Positions 24,976-37,830 of a stretch of DNA of 64,000 bases are shown in pieces. The stretch spans positions 32,001 through 96,000 of the IMG/VR virus record IMGVR_UViG_2974638963_000001. One strand, 5' to 3'. This DNA is from a virus. Its lineage: Duplodnaviria; Caudoviricetes. The position numbers and the translations under genes were made by a program. How positions within the stretch are numbered: the first letter of the stretch is position 1; each line of letters begins with the position of its first letter. The notes beneath the pieces were generated by a model. It was not told the origin of the DNA and did no database searches. It saw nothing but the letters and a program-made list of their open reading frames with translations.

Positions 24976-27756
24976 GTGTTCACGATTTTAGAGGGACATG
25001 AGGGGTGGACAAGAGATCAAGCAACCGGTAACTGGGTTCCGTCTAACGAGGACTTCGTGTTTGCTAAAGAATTCTCTGAACAGTTTCCAATGGGTAAACC
25101 TCACTCACTTCCAACCAAGTTTAATGTTGTGAATGAATATGACCCAAAGACACTCCCTGAAATGATGGATTTATTAAAGTTAATTACAGCTAACCCTCAA
25201 TGGATGGTTATTCGTGCAAAACCGAAGGCAGCTCGACGTGCAATTTATAGACGTAAAGTGAATTTCGAAACTTCTAATAAATCTAATATAATCGCTATCG
25301 ACGTGGATGATTTTCCACTTCCTGACGATATATCTCCGTTTGATATTGCCGCCCAAGGACGTTACGTTCTAGGCATCCTTAATTCAATTAGCGAGGAGAT
25401 GTTCCCATTAGATGCAGGTTTTATTGCACATGCATCGTCTTCTGCTGGTATTAAGTCTGGTATTCGTCTGCATATGTTCTTTCAGACTAATATTCCAGTA
25501 ACTCAAGGACAATTGAAATTCACGTTCTCATCTATTAATGAATCTTCACGAGAAAAATATAATGGAGTTAACGTAATTGACTTGGCTTATTACTCAGCTG
25601 TTCAGGCACATTATTTTGCCGACCCAATTTTCAAAGCCCCATTTAAAGATCCTTTCAAACAGGAGAAAGTCGCACGTCTGAGATTTGTTTCCGGTGGAAC
25701 AATAAATATGCCAGACAATGTGCCAGACTTTGAGTCTACTAAGGGGGAGTTTAAAGAGGAATTTTACTCTTTGTTAGATCAAATTAAAGGAAAACGTTCA
25801 ACATCAGATAAGGTTGAGCGAATCATTGGAGAACTGGAAGATGCAGAAGATGGTGTTTATCTTCGTATAATTCCCAAGTTATATCACAATGCACTAGAAG
25901 AGGGTATAGATCTAGCATGGCTAGAAAAGGAAATTACTCCAGCATTGTCTCTATATGTAGCACATAAAGACAACAGAAGAACTATTCAGGAATACTTTAC
26001 CAACGGTCGTAAGCAGGCTTTGAAAGCTTTTGTAAACAACTCTAAACGAGAGATACCGTTAAACTTAAAAGGCGTTCCAATTAAGCAGTTAGAAACTAAC
26101 TCTGCTGAACAGGATAGATTCTTAAAGTTAGATAAATTACCACCCGAAGGATCAATGACATTTGTTAAGTCTAGCCTGGGAACTGGTAAAACAACAGCTA
26201 TTATTAAATGGCTAGATTCTGGTATGATTGATGGGGGATTCCTAGCAATCACAAACACTCGTGCCTTAGTTTCATCAAACGCAAAGAAATTCACGTCTGG
26301 TCAATATAACAAATCTATTGATATGTTAGACTTTAAGAGAGGTGGATTAACTAGAATGTCCTCAACGATTCACTCTATTCATAAATTCAAGGGTTTAGTT
26401 GATAAGGTTGACTTTGTATTTATAGATGAGGCAGATGCGGTAATGAATGATTTATTATTTGCACCTGTTGTTAAGAATCGCAGACAGTGTATCGAAACGT
26501 TACGTGACCTTTTATTAAATGCGAAACATGTAATTTTATCTGATGGTGATATCAGTGCAGAAACCGTAGAAGCCTATGGTAGTCTTATAGATTTTGATAA
26601 ACCAATTAATTTCTTTAATCATCATCGTCGAATGTTACAAGGTGCTCAAGCATATGAATTCTCAGATGCAGAGTCGGTCTGGGTCGCTTTTCAAACTTCA
26701 TTAGAAATGGGTGAGAAGTCAATCATAGTAACAGACTGTGGGCCTGCAGAATTAGGTGAACGTGGTATTGCTTTACGAGAAGCCACTGGTTGTATAGTTA
26801 AAGAGATCCATTCCAACTCAACCGAAGACCCTGACATTCGCAAAATACTAGACTATACTAATGAAGAACTTATCAATCAAAATGTTCACGGATTATTATG
26901 TAGTCCATCAGTAACTAATGGAGTTGACTGGAACTATTTTGATAACGTATTCTTATTGACTTTAACGCCTAATCAAGCCCCAAACATGCGATTCCAGGCA
27001 TTACGACGAGATCGTGGAGCACAGACTTTCTATTTCTATACAGATAAGTCAACAAGTGGTTTCGATGCAGGTTCTACTCAGTATAATGCTGAGGAAGGGT
27101 GGCTAGATGCTAGTCAACAATCTTATGCAAGACGTAGGGAAACTGAAAGTCGAAACTATGCCTCAACTTTAAGATATTATTTATTAGACCAAGGCGCTAC
27201 TATTGATATCTTTACAGAAAGTTGGGGTAAAATGGAATCGGCGGCGGATGTCTATAAAGAAGAAAGGGTTAACGCTATCTTATCATCTCTACCAGATTAT
27301 ACTCCTTTACGTCACAATGATGCTTATGATGCTAAACTATTACTGATGTCTTATTATCATATTGATAAACTATCAGAAGTAACCAGAGAACTAGCGGAGT
27401 CATTTGTAGAACAGAAGCCCAACGAGAGAGCAGAGTTCTTTCATAAGGTAGTAGATTTACTGTGGCCGGCAATAAAGAAATGTACTAGCGTTTCGGTAAC
27501 TCCACTAGCAGAGGCATTAAAGAAACATAAACGAGAGTTCTTCTTATTAACTGGTCAATCGGCTCAGGCTAAATATACTCGTAAATATCTAGGAATGATG
27601 GGAATTGGTAAAGATCTTGACCTTGAGAACATCAAAGACTGGTATAGAACCTATTGTAAAATAGAGGGTATACAGTTGCATCCCGATTTTATGACAGATA
27701 AAGAGCGTTCTCTATATGAAGAGGCTAGTATGGATTTGAGGTTCGATGATGAGTAA
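24976..27756 (+). CDS. obp: replication origin-binding protein (AEP primase-like N-terminus + SF2 helicase)
   Basis: 'IAIDVDD' and 'RLHMFF' AEP-like motifs; Walker A 'SLGTGKT', 'FIDEAD'; GTG start with AGGAG SD; T5 synteny. Confidence 0.9.
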   Translation: MFTILEGHEGWTRDQATGNWVPSNEDFVFAKEFSEQFPMGKPHSLPTKFNVVNEYDPKTLPEMMDLLKLITANPQWMVIRAKPKAARRAIYRRKVNFETSNKSNIIAIDVDDFPLPDDISPFDIAAQGRYVLGILNSISEEMFPLDAGFIAHASSSAGIKSGIRLHMFFQTNIPVTQGQLKFTFSSINESSREKYNGVNVIDLAYYSAVQAHYFADPIFKAPFKDPFKQEKVARLRFVSGGTINMPDNVPDFESTKGEFKEEFYSLLDQIKGKRSTSDKVERIIGELEDAEDGVYLRIIPKLYHNALEEGIDLAWLEKEITPALSLYVAHKDNRRTIQEYFTNGRKQALKAFVNNSKREIPLNLKGVPIKQLETNSAEQDRFLKLDKLPPEGSMTFVKSSLGTGKTTAIIKWLDSGMIDGGFLAITNTRALVSSNAKKFTSGQYNKSIDMLDFKRGGLTRMSSTIHSIHKFKGLVDKVDFVFIDEADAVMNDLLFAPVVKNRRQCIETLRDLLLNAKHVILSDGDISAETVEAYGSLIDFDKPINFFNHHRRMLQGAQAYEFSDAESVWVAFQTSLEMGEKSIIVTDCGPAELGERGIALREATGCIVKEIHSNSTEDPDIRKILDYTNEELINQNVHGLLCSPSVTNGVDWNYFDNVFLLTLTPNQAPNMRFQALRRDRGAQTFYFYTDKSTSGFDAGSTQYNAEEGWLDASQQSYARRRETESRNYASTLRYYLLDQGATIDIFTESWGKMESAADVYKEERVNAILSSLPDYTPLRHNDAYDAKLLLMSYYHIDKLSEVTRELAESFVEQKPNERAEFFHKVVDLLWPAIKKCTSVSVTPLAEALKKHKREFFLLTGQSAQAKYTRKYLGMMGIGKDLDLENIKDWYRTYCKIEGIQLHPDFMTDKERSLYEEASMDLRFDDE

Positions 27757-27988
27757 GTGGGATTTACAGCCTAGATACAGGCAAAAACCTGCCAAAGCTA
27801 AACCTACCAAACCTCGGGGAGAGCTATGTAGAGTTCTCCCACCTCGTTTGGCAAGGACTCCAGGTATTTATGAGTTCTTGATGTCTAAGATAGATAGTGC
27901 TAGACTAGAAAGGTATCACCTCGTTATGGCGTATCGTCGTAAATGCTCCGAAATAGCTGACCTACTATTAAATGAAAAATTTGATTGA
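27746..27988 (+). CDS. hypothetical protein
   Basis: ORF track; T5 synteny after obp. Confidence 0.75.
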   Translation: MMSKWDLQPRYRQKPAKAKPTKPRGELCRVLPPRLARTPGIYEFLMSKIDSARLERYHLVMAYRRKCSEIADLLLNEKFD

Positions 27989-28013
27989 TTAATAGCTAAA
28001 TTTGATTTATAAT
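27985..28013 (+). promoter_or_regulatory. sigma70-type early promoter
   Basis: TTGATT-17-TATAAT. Confidence 0.75.
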
Positions 28014-28045
28014 AGTTTCATAAATTTGGAAAAGAGGAATTAGAT

Positions 28046-28765
28046 ATGGCAGGCGGAAAACGCAGACGTGTAGCTGCCCATGACATTCCAGATGCTTTAT
28101 TTATAGAAGCAAAAGAATGGCTTGAAAAGGGTGGTACAAAGAAAGGTGCATGTGACATCTTAAGCAAAAGTGGAGTCAATGTAGGCTCTAATAAAAAGAT
28201 GGAAGAGCTAATCCAAGAATGGGAAGACCGTAAAGTTTACGATGCAGAAATGAGAAAGCGTAAACGTGGTACGAGCATAGAAGGAGTTGAAGCCGCTTCC
28301 ATTATTGAAGATTACTTTGCTGGTATTAGTATCGCAGATATTGCAGACCAAAATCATCGTTCTCAGATGAAGATTAAATCATTCCTAGAAGAGAATGGTG
28401 CTTTGTTACGTGCTACTGAACCAGAAGATCCTAATCGTCCTTGGGAACTTTTCCCACCATTGCTAGATGAAAGTACATTTAGTGATGAATATAAGATTGG
28501 GGATATTGTTTGGGTAGCTGGTCGTCAGTGTTTTGGCGAAGTAACCCATAAATTATCTGATGATGTATATCGTGTGTGGCTTTTAAGCGGCAAACAGATG
28601 TATATTCCAGTTGAAGTATGGAACTTAGCCAACGTAGAACGCTTCAGAGAGTTTGGTGTAGATCCTAAGCGATTTGGAGAACGTTGGGAACGTGATGATG
28701 TGATAGTGACCTTGAATGAGGCACTTAAGAAAGCTAAATTAAATGCGGCTAAGGATGCAAAATAA
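28046..28765 (+). CDS. D2: T5 D2-like DNA-binding protein
   Basis: 'GGTKKGACDIL' and HTH-like region; T5 gene order. Confidence 0.75.
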   Translation: MAGGKRRRVAAHDIPDALFIEAKEWLEKGGTKKGACDILSKSGVNVGSNKKMEELIQEWEDRKVYDAEMRKRKRGTSIEGVEAASIIEDYFAGISIADIADQNHRSQMKIKSFLEENGALLRATEPEDPNRPWELFPPLLDESTFSDEYKIGDIVWVAGRQCFGEVTHKLSDDVYRVWLLSGKQMYIPVEVWNLANVERFREFGVDPKRFGERWERDDVIVTLNEALKKAKLNAAKDAK

Positions 28766-29019
28766 TGGTAAAAATGACTTTAGCAGAGATCTTTTCTAGG
28801 TCTCTATTGACCTCTCGTGTAGAATTTGCACGAAAAGAAGATAACTTGGAAGAAGGGCTTGAAAAGTTTTATGCTATTTCAAGTAATGATCCAGAAATGA
28901 AAAACGTTATAGAATTAAATACTATCAATACTGCAACAGGTGAAACCAAAGTAGAGCATAAATCTCTAGGGGAATTCATCCAACGGTATGGTATGCAGAG
29001 TCGTTGGTACTTGATCTAA
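28765..29019 (+). CDS. hypothetical protein
   Basis: ORF track; coupled to upstream gene. Confidence 0.7.
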   Translation: MVKMTLAEIFSRSLLTSRVEFARKEDNLEEGLEKFYAISSNDPEMKNVIELNTINTATGETKVEHKSLGEFIQRYGMQSRWYLI

Positions 29020-29027
29020 AAATTCAC

Positions 29028-29056
29028 TTGCTTAGTATTAGCAAAATTGTTATAAT
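29028..29056 (+). promoter_or_regulatory. sigma70-type early promoter
   Basis: TTGCTT-17-TATAAT. Confidence 0.8.
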
Positions 29057-29095
29057 ATTTATATAAATTAATCAACAACAAAAGGAAATAAATTT

Positions 29096-29494
29096 ATGTC
29101 AGAACTAGATAAAGTTGCACTTGCCGATCGTTACGTAGAAGTCATTTCTGCTTACCCAGAAGACGAGCGTCCATCAATTACAACTGAAGTTGTTAAGCAA
29201 GTAGCAGAAGAATTTGGTATCCCTGCCAACTCAGCACGTCTGCATATCAGTCGTGACCCACGTGGCGTTTATATTAAGAAAGATTCTGCCAAGAAATCAA
29301 CATCTGCTGATGGTGAAAAGAAAACTGGTGGAACTCGCACATCTAAAGCCGCAGCACAAGCTGAGCTAAAAGCAGCTCTGATGGATGCAGGTGCACCAGA
29401 AGATAAAGTTGCCGAAGGCGAAGAAATCATCGAGAAAATGACAGGTAAAGCTGCTCTGTTCTTAGCTGAATTAATTCGTTCAATCACTAAGTAA
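29096..29494 (+). CDS. D3: T5 D3-like protein
   Basis: 'GVYIKK', 'RTSKAAAQAEL', 'KMTGKAA' motifs; T5 gene order. Confidence 0.8.
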   Translation: MSELDKVALADRYVEVISAYPEDERPSITTEVVKQVAEEFGIPANSARLHISRDPRGVYIKKDSAKKSTSADGEKKTGGTRTSKAAAQAELKAALMDAGAPEDKVAEGEEIIEKMTGKAALFLAELIRSITK

Positions 29495-29506
29495 TAAGGA
29501 GCTGTT

Positions 29507-29836
29507 ATGACTAAGCGTTTTAGTGCAAACTTAAGTACACCTGTTAAAAAGGTCGAAGTTATTGCAGCGTGTGACGAGTATGGTGAAGTGTTTATTCACT
29601 ATCGCAAACAATCACGTAAGCCTGGTGAACCTTGGTCAACACAACTCCAAGGCACTATGGATTTCTCAGATAAGTATCTAGCTAAACGTTTTGAACAAGA
29701 ACAACCAGCACCAGCAGGTGAAGGTGAAATCTTAGTGTTTAGCAGAACCAACGATCGCTTCCGCTATCTGCCAGTGGATACAATCTTTAAGATTGAGCAT
29801 CTTGGCACAGTAGTTAACAAGGCTCGTGTCCTCTAA
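29507..29836 (+). CDS. hypothetical protein conserved in T5-like phages
   Basis: ORF track; AGGAG SD. Confidence 0.8.
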   Translation: MTKRFSANLSTPVKKVEVIAACDEYGEVFIHYRKQSRKPGEPWSTQLQGTMDFSDKYLAKRFEQEQPAPAGEGEILVFSRTNDRFRYLPVDTIFKIEHLGTVVNKARVL

Positions 29837-30170
29837 TATAGTTGAAGACGAAGGAATTGTTCGTCAGGAAAACGAAATGTATCCTGACGAATGCTCTGTT
29901 CCTTTGTGGGTTAAAAATGGGGAAGAAGTCCATTTCACAATCTCCGAATTTCGAGGCAACCTATATATGGGTATACGTCTATGGCTCCAAGATGCCACTG
30001 ACGAGAGTTGGTTCCCAACACGTGCTGGATTTTCTATCCCTTTTAACATCGACACATCTGCTAGATTATTCAAGGCACTTGCTCGAACACTGAGTAAGGC
30101 AGAAGTCCTTGATGAAGTCATACAGCATACACAAAACTGCGACACGCTTTCCGCGTTAAATAAATTATAA
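29826..30170 (+). CDS. PC4/p15-like ssDNA-binding protein
   Basis: 'TISEFRGNLYMGIRLW...WFPTRAGFSI' PC4 fold motif. Confidence 0.85.
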   Translation: MSSNIVEDEGIVRQENEMYPDECSVPLWVKNGEEVHFTISEFRGNLYMGIRLWLQDATDESWFPTRAGFSIPFNIDTSARLFKALARTLSKAEVLDEVIQHTQNCDTLSALNKL

Positions 30171-30199
30171 CCGTGCTTTTCAGTGCGGTTTTTATTTAC

Positions 30200-30228
30200 T
30201 TGCATTTTGCTTAAATTTTTGATATAAT
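30200..30228 (+). promoter_or_regulatory. sigma70-type early promoter
   Basis: TTGCAT-17-TATAAT. Confidence 0.75.
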
Positions 30229-30268
30229 ATTTATATTGAATAGGTAATATATCAAAGGGGATTAATAA

Positions 30269-31710
<1,442 letters not shown>

Positions 31711-31748
31711 TTGATTGGGGTGTTTCCACCTCGATTTTCAAACTCTAC

Positions 31749-31777
31749 TTGACGTCGCGACAAATTATATGTATAAT
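31749..31777 (+). promoter_or_regulatory. sigma70-type promoter between the ligase halves
   Basis: TTGACG-17-TATAAT. Confidence 0.7.
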
Positions 31778-31844
31778 AGTTATACTGATTTGGGGATGAG
31801 GTGTCATGGCTGATAAGCCTGACGGAAATGAGTAAAAAATTCAT

Positions 31845-32649
<805 letters not shown>

Positions 32650-32655
32650 ATAACT

Positions 32656-33444
32656 ATGAGTACTATCAAATTAGCGTGGAACGAAGAAACTACTAATGCA
32701 TTACGTGCGAAAGCTGAATCATTCGGTGGAGATGTAATCACTCAAGAACAAGTTGCCCAAATCGCTATTGAGCTTGGTAATGAATTCTCTGATGAAAAAG
32801 CAACTCGTGCTGCAACTGCTCGTTCAGTAGGTTCTAAACTGCGTAAAGAAGGTTTTGCTGTTCAACGTGCTGATGAAGTAGAAAAAGCTTCTGCATGGTC
32901 TGAAGATGAAACTGCTGAATTAGAAGCGTTCCTGAAAGCTTACGAGGGTGAGAAAACTTATGCTGAAATTGCTGCGGCGGTATGTGGTGGTAAATTCACA
33001 CGTGCTCAGGTTCAAGGTAAAGTTCTGCATCTTGAAATGACTGACAAAGTTAAGTTAACTCCGAAAGCTGCTGCTGTTCGTAAGTTTAGCCCTGAAGAAG
33101 AAAACAAGATCGTAAACTTGGTTGAAGCCGATGCATTCTTAGAGGATATCGCAGATGCATTAGATCGTACTTCTCGCCAGATTCATGGTAAATGCTTAAG
33201 TTTACTGCGTGAAAACCGTATTGCTAAATTACCAGAACAAAAAGTTCATAAAGAATCTGCTCGTGCTGATGCATTAGCTGGCTTAGACGTAGCGTCTATG
33301 ACTATCGCAGAAATCGCTGAAGCGACTGGTAAAAACGAAAAAGGCGTTAAATCAATGCTGACTCGTCGTGGTGTAGACTGTAAAGACTACAAAGGTGCTG
33401 CAAAACGCGCTAAATTAGACGAAAAAGCTGCTAAAGCTGAGTAA
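32656..33444 (+). CDS. D5: T5 D5-like DNA-binding protein
   Basis: Repeated HTH units ('RSVGSKLRK', 'VQGKVL', 'KGVKSMLTRRG'); T5 gene order. Confidence 0.85.
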   Translation: MSTIKLAWNEETTNALRAKAESFGGDVITQEQVAQIAIELGNEFSDEKATRAATARSVGSKLRKEGFAVQRADEVEKASAWSEDETAELEAFLKAYEGEKTYAEIAAAVCGGKFTRAQVQGKVLHLEMTDKVKLTPKAAAVRKFSPEEENKIVNLVEADAFLEDIADALDRTSRQIHGKCLSLLRENRIAKLPEQKVHKESARADALAGLDVASMTIAEIAEATGKNEKGVKSMLTRRGVDCKDYKGAAKRAKLDEKAAKAE

Positions 33445-33483
33445 TCGTTAAGTTACAAATCTTTCACAAGATTACCAACCTTT

Positions 33484-33518
33484 AGGGGAGAGGGATTAAT
33501 TTCCTCTCCCCTTTTCTG
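33484..33518 (+). terminator. intrinsic terminator
   Basis: GGGGAGAGG...CCTCTCCCC followed by TTTT. Confidence 0.8.
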
Positions 33519-33557
33519 TTTTTGGACAGCACGAAAGTGTAGTGAATGAGAGGAGTA

Positions 33558-35075
33558 ATGTTTAACGTTCAAGCGGTTGTATTAAAACAACTATTAACCA
33601 CGGATGATGCTGTACAAGTTACATTCGCACTAGCACGTCTACGAAAAGAACACTTTACTGATGCTTTTTCCTCAATCTACGTGGCTATCCAGAATTACTA
33701 TAAGACAAGTGGAAAGATACCTACACTAGACAGCTTACGATTATCGGCTAACAGAAATGTTAGGCTATCGCAAGCGTTAGCAGTTTTAGACATGCAAGAA
33801 GTGCCAGAGGTCGAGATTTCTGAATCTATAGACGTACTGGAAACTGAGTTCGCTCAAGACTTGACACTAAAGCTGCTGGAAAGTGAGGTGCTTAACGATC
33901 TATATGCACTAGACAAGGATGCGCTAGTAGACAGACTTAATAGTCTTGCTATGCAAGTTGAGAATGAGGTCGGACAGAGTGGTGCAATTACTCAAGCATA
34001 CGAAATCGAAATATTCAAAGAGAAAGGTGCTCCTAAGTTAGCAGTATCTCTAGGAATTAGTAATGAGTTCGAAATACATTCTGGCAGCTTACAGCGTACC
34101 GAAGTAATGTTTTTAGGTGGTTTTCGTGGTTCTGGTAAGTCTATTGTATGTTGTAACATGCAAGTGACCCAATATCAGCAGGGGAAAGTATCGCCATACT
34201 TCTCACTGGAGATGAAAGCACACGAGGTAATGGAGAGAAACCTAGCAATATTATCGGGAGTTTCAGCATCAAGCCTTAGACTTGGAAGATTAGCCCCTGA
34301 AGAAGTTCAGCAGCTATTGAAGACAAGAGCAAGCATGTTCCATGGTGGTCTTGACGAGTATCATAAATATGCAGCAAAATACACAATCAATGAGATGAGT
34401 GATGGATTCGAACTTGAGAAGCTACTAAGAACCGAGTTCGAGGAAATAACTCCAATGCCTATCATTCATGATCCTAAGTTGAGTATTGAACAACTGGGAG
34501 CAATAACTAGAGGATTAATTAGTGTTCATGGTGAAGAGAGTGTTGAGTTAGTAATTCTTGACTACTTAAACCAGGTTCGAGTTCATGGTACATCAGATAT
34601 TCAGATGTATGATTGGATCCCTCAGATGGTTGTTGCTAAGCAATTCAAGACAACGTGTGGAGAATTAAACGTTGCTGGTGTATCTCCTTACCAAATGGAT
34701 AAACATGGTAATGCTCGTATGTCACAAGGTATCCTAGATTCCTGTGATATGGCGCTGACCTTGAACCCTGCTAAGAAACCGAAAGGTGCAGATGGTAAGA
34801 GAGACCCTATGGGTGCAATTGTTTTTGAAACAACTAAAGTACGTAGCATGGATGATATGATTCTAGCTCCAGGTATTAGTTGGGAAACGTTGAGAATCGA
34901 CCCAGCAGTTAACTACACAAAAGAAGATTTATTAGTTAAGGGCTTAGAACTAGCGTTAGACTTTGACAAAAAGAGTGGCGACAAATCCGAAAGAAAAGGA
35001 AAGAAAACCCCTCCTAAGAAAGACCTAGATCCTAACACAGCAGGAGGCCCACCAGCCGGAGCAACTGACCTATGA
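33558..35075 (+). CDS. D6: DnaB-like replicative helicase (T5 D6)
   Basis: 'GFRGSGKS', 'FSLEM', 'ILDYLNQ'; precedes primase. Confidence 0.9.
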   Translation: MFNVQAVVLKQLLTTDDAVQVTFALARLRKEHFTDAFSSIYVAIQNYYKTSGKIPTLDSLRLSANRNVRLSQALAVLDMQEVPEVEISESIDVLETEFAQDLTLKLLESEVLNDLYALDKDALVDRLNSLAMQVENEVGQSGAITQAYEIEIFKEKGAPKLAVSLGISNEFEIHSGSLQRTEVMFLGGFRGSGKSIVCCNMQVTQYQQGKVSPYFSLEMKAHEVMERNLAILSGVSASSLRLGRLAPEEVQQLLKTRASMFHGGLDEYHKYAAKYTINEMSDGFELEKLLRTEFEEITPMPIIHDPKLSIEQLGAITRGLISVHGEESVELVILDYLNQVRVHGTSDIQMYDWIPQMVVAKQFKTTCGELNVAGVSPYQMDKHGNARMSQGILDSCDMALTLNPAKKPKGADGKRDPMGAIVFETTKVRSMDDMILAPGISWETLRIDPAVNYTKEDLLVKGLELALDFDKKSGDKSERKGKKTPPKKDLDPNTAGGPPAGATDL

Positions 35076-35950
35076 AAGTAGAAGATCTATTAACCGGTAA
35101 GGGAATTGAGTATACTAACGCAGGTGGTGATTTACTTATCACCTGCCTTAATCCCCAACATATTGATGCATCACCGTCTTTACGTGTTGATCGTGAGACG
35201 GGGGTTATGCACTGTTTAGCCTGTGGATTTGGTAAAGGTATACCAAGTATTTTCCATTACTTTAATAAAGAATTGCCGCGCTCTCACGGTCGTCTAGCTA
35301 AGATACGTGGAATGATACGCGACTTTAACACACTAAACCAAGATTTAGCAATACCAGAGAACTCTATTCCGTTTAAGGATGATTACCGAGGAATCTCTGG
35401 AGCCACATACGAGAAGTATTTTGCATTTCAACAACAATCAGACTGGGAGAATAGAATAGTATTTCCTATTACGGATGCGATGGGTAAAAACAAAGCGTTT
35501 TTAGGAAGAACTCAGTTAGGCGATGCAAAACCAAAATATCTCGTGCGCCCATCTAACGTTCCACTTCCCCTGTTCCCTAGCCGTTACGGAGAGTCTGTCA
35601 TAGTCCTCGTTGAGGGCTTGTTCGATATGCTCAACCTTGAAGATAAAGGTATGACTAATGTAGTCTGCTGTTTCGGTACACATCAGTTCTCGCCTAACAA
35701 CATCAAGGAAAAATTCACAGCATTAGAAGTATCTGGAGTTAATACGGTAGTAATATTATTTGACAACGATGACTCAGGAAATAAATCAGCGGACTTCCTA
35801 TTTAAGTTGATCCGCGATAAAACTGATATGACACCTATAGTTGGAAATTTCTTAGTTCCATCTTCTAAAGACCCAGGCGATCTAACTGCGGAAGAAGTTG
35901 AATCATTAAGCTGGAAAATAAATAAACTACTTGCGGAAAAGTTCCAATAG
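35072..35950 (+). CDS. DNA primase (DnaG-like)
   Basis: Zn finger 'CLNPQH..CLACG', TOPRIM 'VEGLFD', 'FDND', 'KDPG'. Confidence 0.93.
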   Translation: MKVEDLLTGKGIEYTNAGGDLLITCLNPQHIDASPSLRVDRETGVMHCLACGFGKGIPSIFHYFNKELPRSHGRLAKIRGMIRDFNTLNQDLAIPENSIPFKDDYRGISGATYEKYFAFQQQSDWENRIVFPITDAMGKNKAFLGRTQLGDAKPKYLVRPSNVPLPLFPSRYGESVIVLVEGLFDMLNLEDKGMTNVVCCFGTHQFSPNNIKEKFTALEVSGVNTVVILFDNDDSGNKSADFLFKLIRDKTDMTPIVGNFLVPSSKDPGDLTAEEVESLSWKINKLLAEKFQ

Positions 35951-35959
35951 TGATATAAT
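35931..35959 (+). promoter_or_regulatory. sigma70-type promoter for DNA polymerase
   Basis: TTGCGG-17-TATAAT. Confidence 0.7.
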
Positions 35960-36022
35960 ATATTTTGTAAGTTGCAGAAGTAATATTTGAAATTATACTT
36001 ACTTACCTAATAGGAGAAAACA

Positions 36023-37830
36023 TTGAGTTCACTAAAAATTGCGGTGGTCGATAAATCACCATCTAGAGCTAACTATCAGAAGTCCTTAAATTTATGGGAC
36101 TATGATGTTGAAGTATTTCATATGGCTCATGAAAGTTTTACCGGTCGTATGCTTAAGAAGCATATCACAATCGGTACACCAGATAATCCATTTAATCCAG
36201 ACGACTTTGATTATGTAATTCTGGTAGGTGCAGAGCCGTTTAAACAATTCACAGGTAGAACTGGAGTTGTAGATTACACCGGTAAACTAACTGAGGGTCT
36301 AGATGGTAAACTAAAATATTTAGTTTGTATTAATCCATCTCAAGTACACTTTAAGCCAGAAATGAAACCTGTTCTGGATAAAACTATAACTGACTTTGAA
36401 CGTATCCTCAATGGTACGGCTAAGCCACCGAAGCCTGGTAATTATAAACCAATACAAGATACTGATGAGGCATATGAGTATCTCTGTATGATTCGCTCTA
36501 TGTTACCTGCTGCTGTAGTTGCATTTGACTCCGAAACATCGGGTCTATATGCTAGAGATTGTTATGTATTAGGTTTGTCAATCTCACATCAAGAATATCA
36601 AGGTGTATACATTGATGCAGATAATATTGATGAACGTTGTGTTTATGTTCTTCAAGAAATCTTAGATCAGAAAGATCGTCCAATCGTATTCCATAACTTG
36701 AAGTTCGATATTCATATGTATGAGTATCACTTTGGGTTTAATTTTGAAAAAGCATTTGCAGAAGATCGTATGCACGATACAATGCTAATGCACTATGTAC
36801 TAGACGAACGTCGTGGTACTCATGGTTTGAAATCTTTGGCTATGCAATTTACTGATATGGGTGACTATGACTTTGAACTCGATCAGTTCAAGAGTGAGTA
36901 TTGCAGAGCACATGGTATTAAGAAAGAAGATTTCACATATGATCTGATCCCCTTCGAGATCATGTGGCCCTATGCTGCCAAAGATACCGATGCTACCATT
37001 CGTTTATTCAACTTCTTCTATCCGAAGATCCAAGCAAACGAAGCGTTTATGCGTTTATACCATGGTCTATTGATGCCAGGTTGTCGATTCTTGCAGCGTG
37101 TTGAAGATCGTGGAGTACCTATCAATAAAGATAGACTAGTAACAGCGCAAGAACTATTAACTGATAAGCTTAACGGCTTGACTCAAGAGTTGTACTCGTT
37201 CCCTGAAGTTATGGAGTATGAGGCAATTAAGGGGGCTAAATTCAACCCTAACTCTCCAGTTCAGTTACGTGAGTTACTATTTGATGTTCTAGGATTAGAA
37301 CCTACAGGTAAGTTGACAGATACAGGTGCTATATCTACAGATGCTGAGTCTCTAGAGAAGATTTCCTCACAACATCCAGTAGCTAAGATCCTACTTAATA
37401 TTCGTAAGACAACCAAACTCTTGTCTACGTACATTGAGAAGCTGTTAATCAGTATAGATACTGATGGCTGTGTAAGAACAGGATTTAACTTACACATGAC
37501 AACATCGGGTCGATTAAGTTCTTCTGGTAAGTTAAACTTACAACAGTTACCTCGTGATGAGTCTATAATTAAAGCATGTATTACTGCTCCAGTTGGCTAT
37601 AGGGTAGTTGCACATGACTTAACAACTGCTGAGATTTACTATGCTGCCGTGTTATCTGGAGACAGAAACATGCAACAAGTGTTTATTAACATGCAGAATG
37701 ACCCAGAACGTTATCCTGACTTCCACGCCAACATTGCCCACATGGTATTTGGTCTGGATTGTGAACCTAACCAAGTTAAGAATTTGTATCCTGCATTACG
37801 CCAGGCTGCTAAAGCAATCAGTTTCGGGAT
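36023..37830 (+). CDS. pol: family A DNA polymerase, exon 1
   Basis: 3'-5' exo 'FDSETSG', 'HNLKFD'; 'SGRLSSS...NLQQ', motif A 'DLTTAE', motif B 'RQAAKAISFGI' broken by the intron. Confidence 0.93.

Noticed and set aside
31785-31835. Hammerhead-like CTGA..GAAA motif between the ligase genes
   Set aside because: Core CUGAnGA is not matched (CTGATAA) and the flanking stems are missing.
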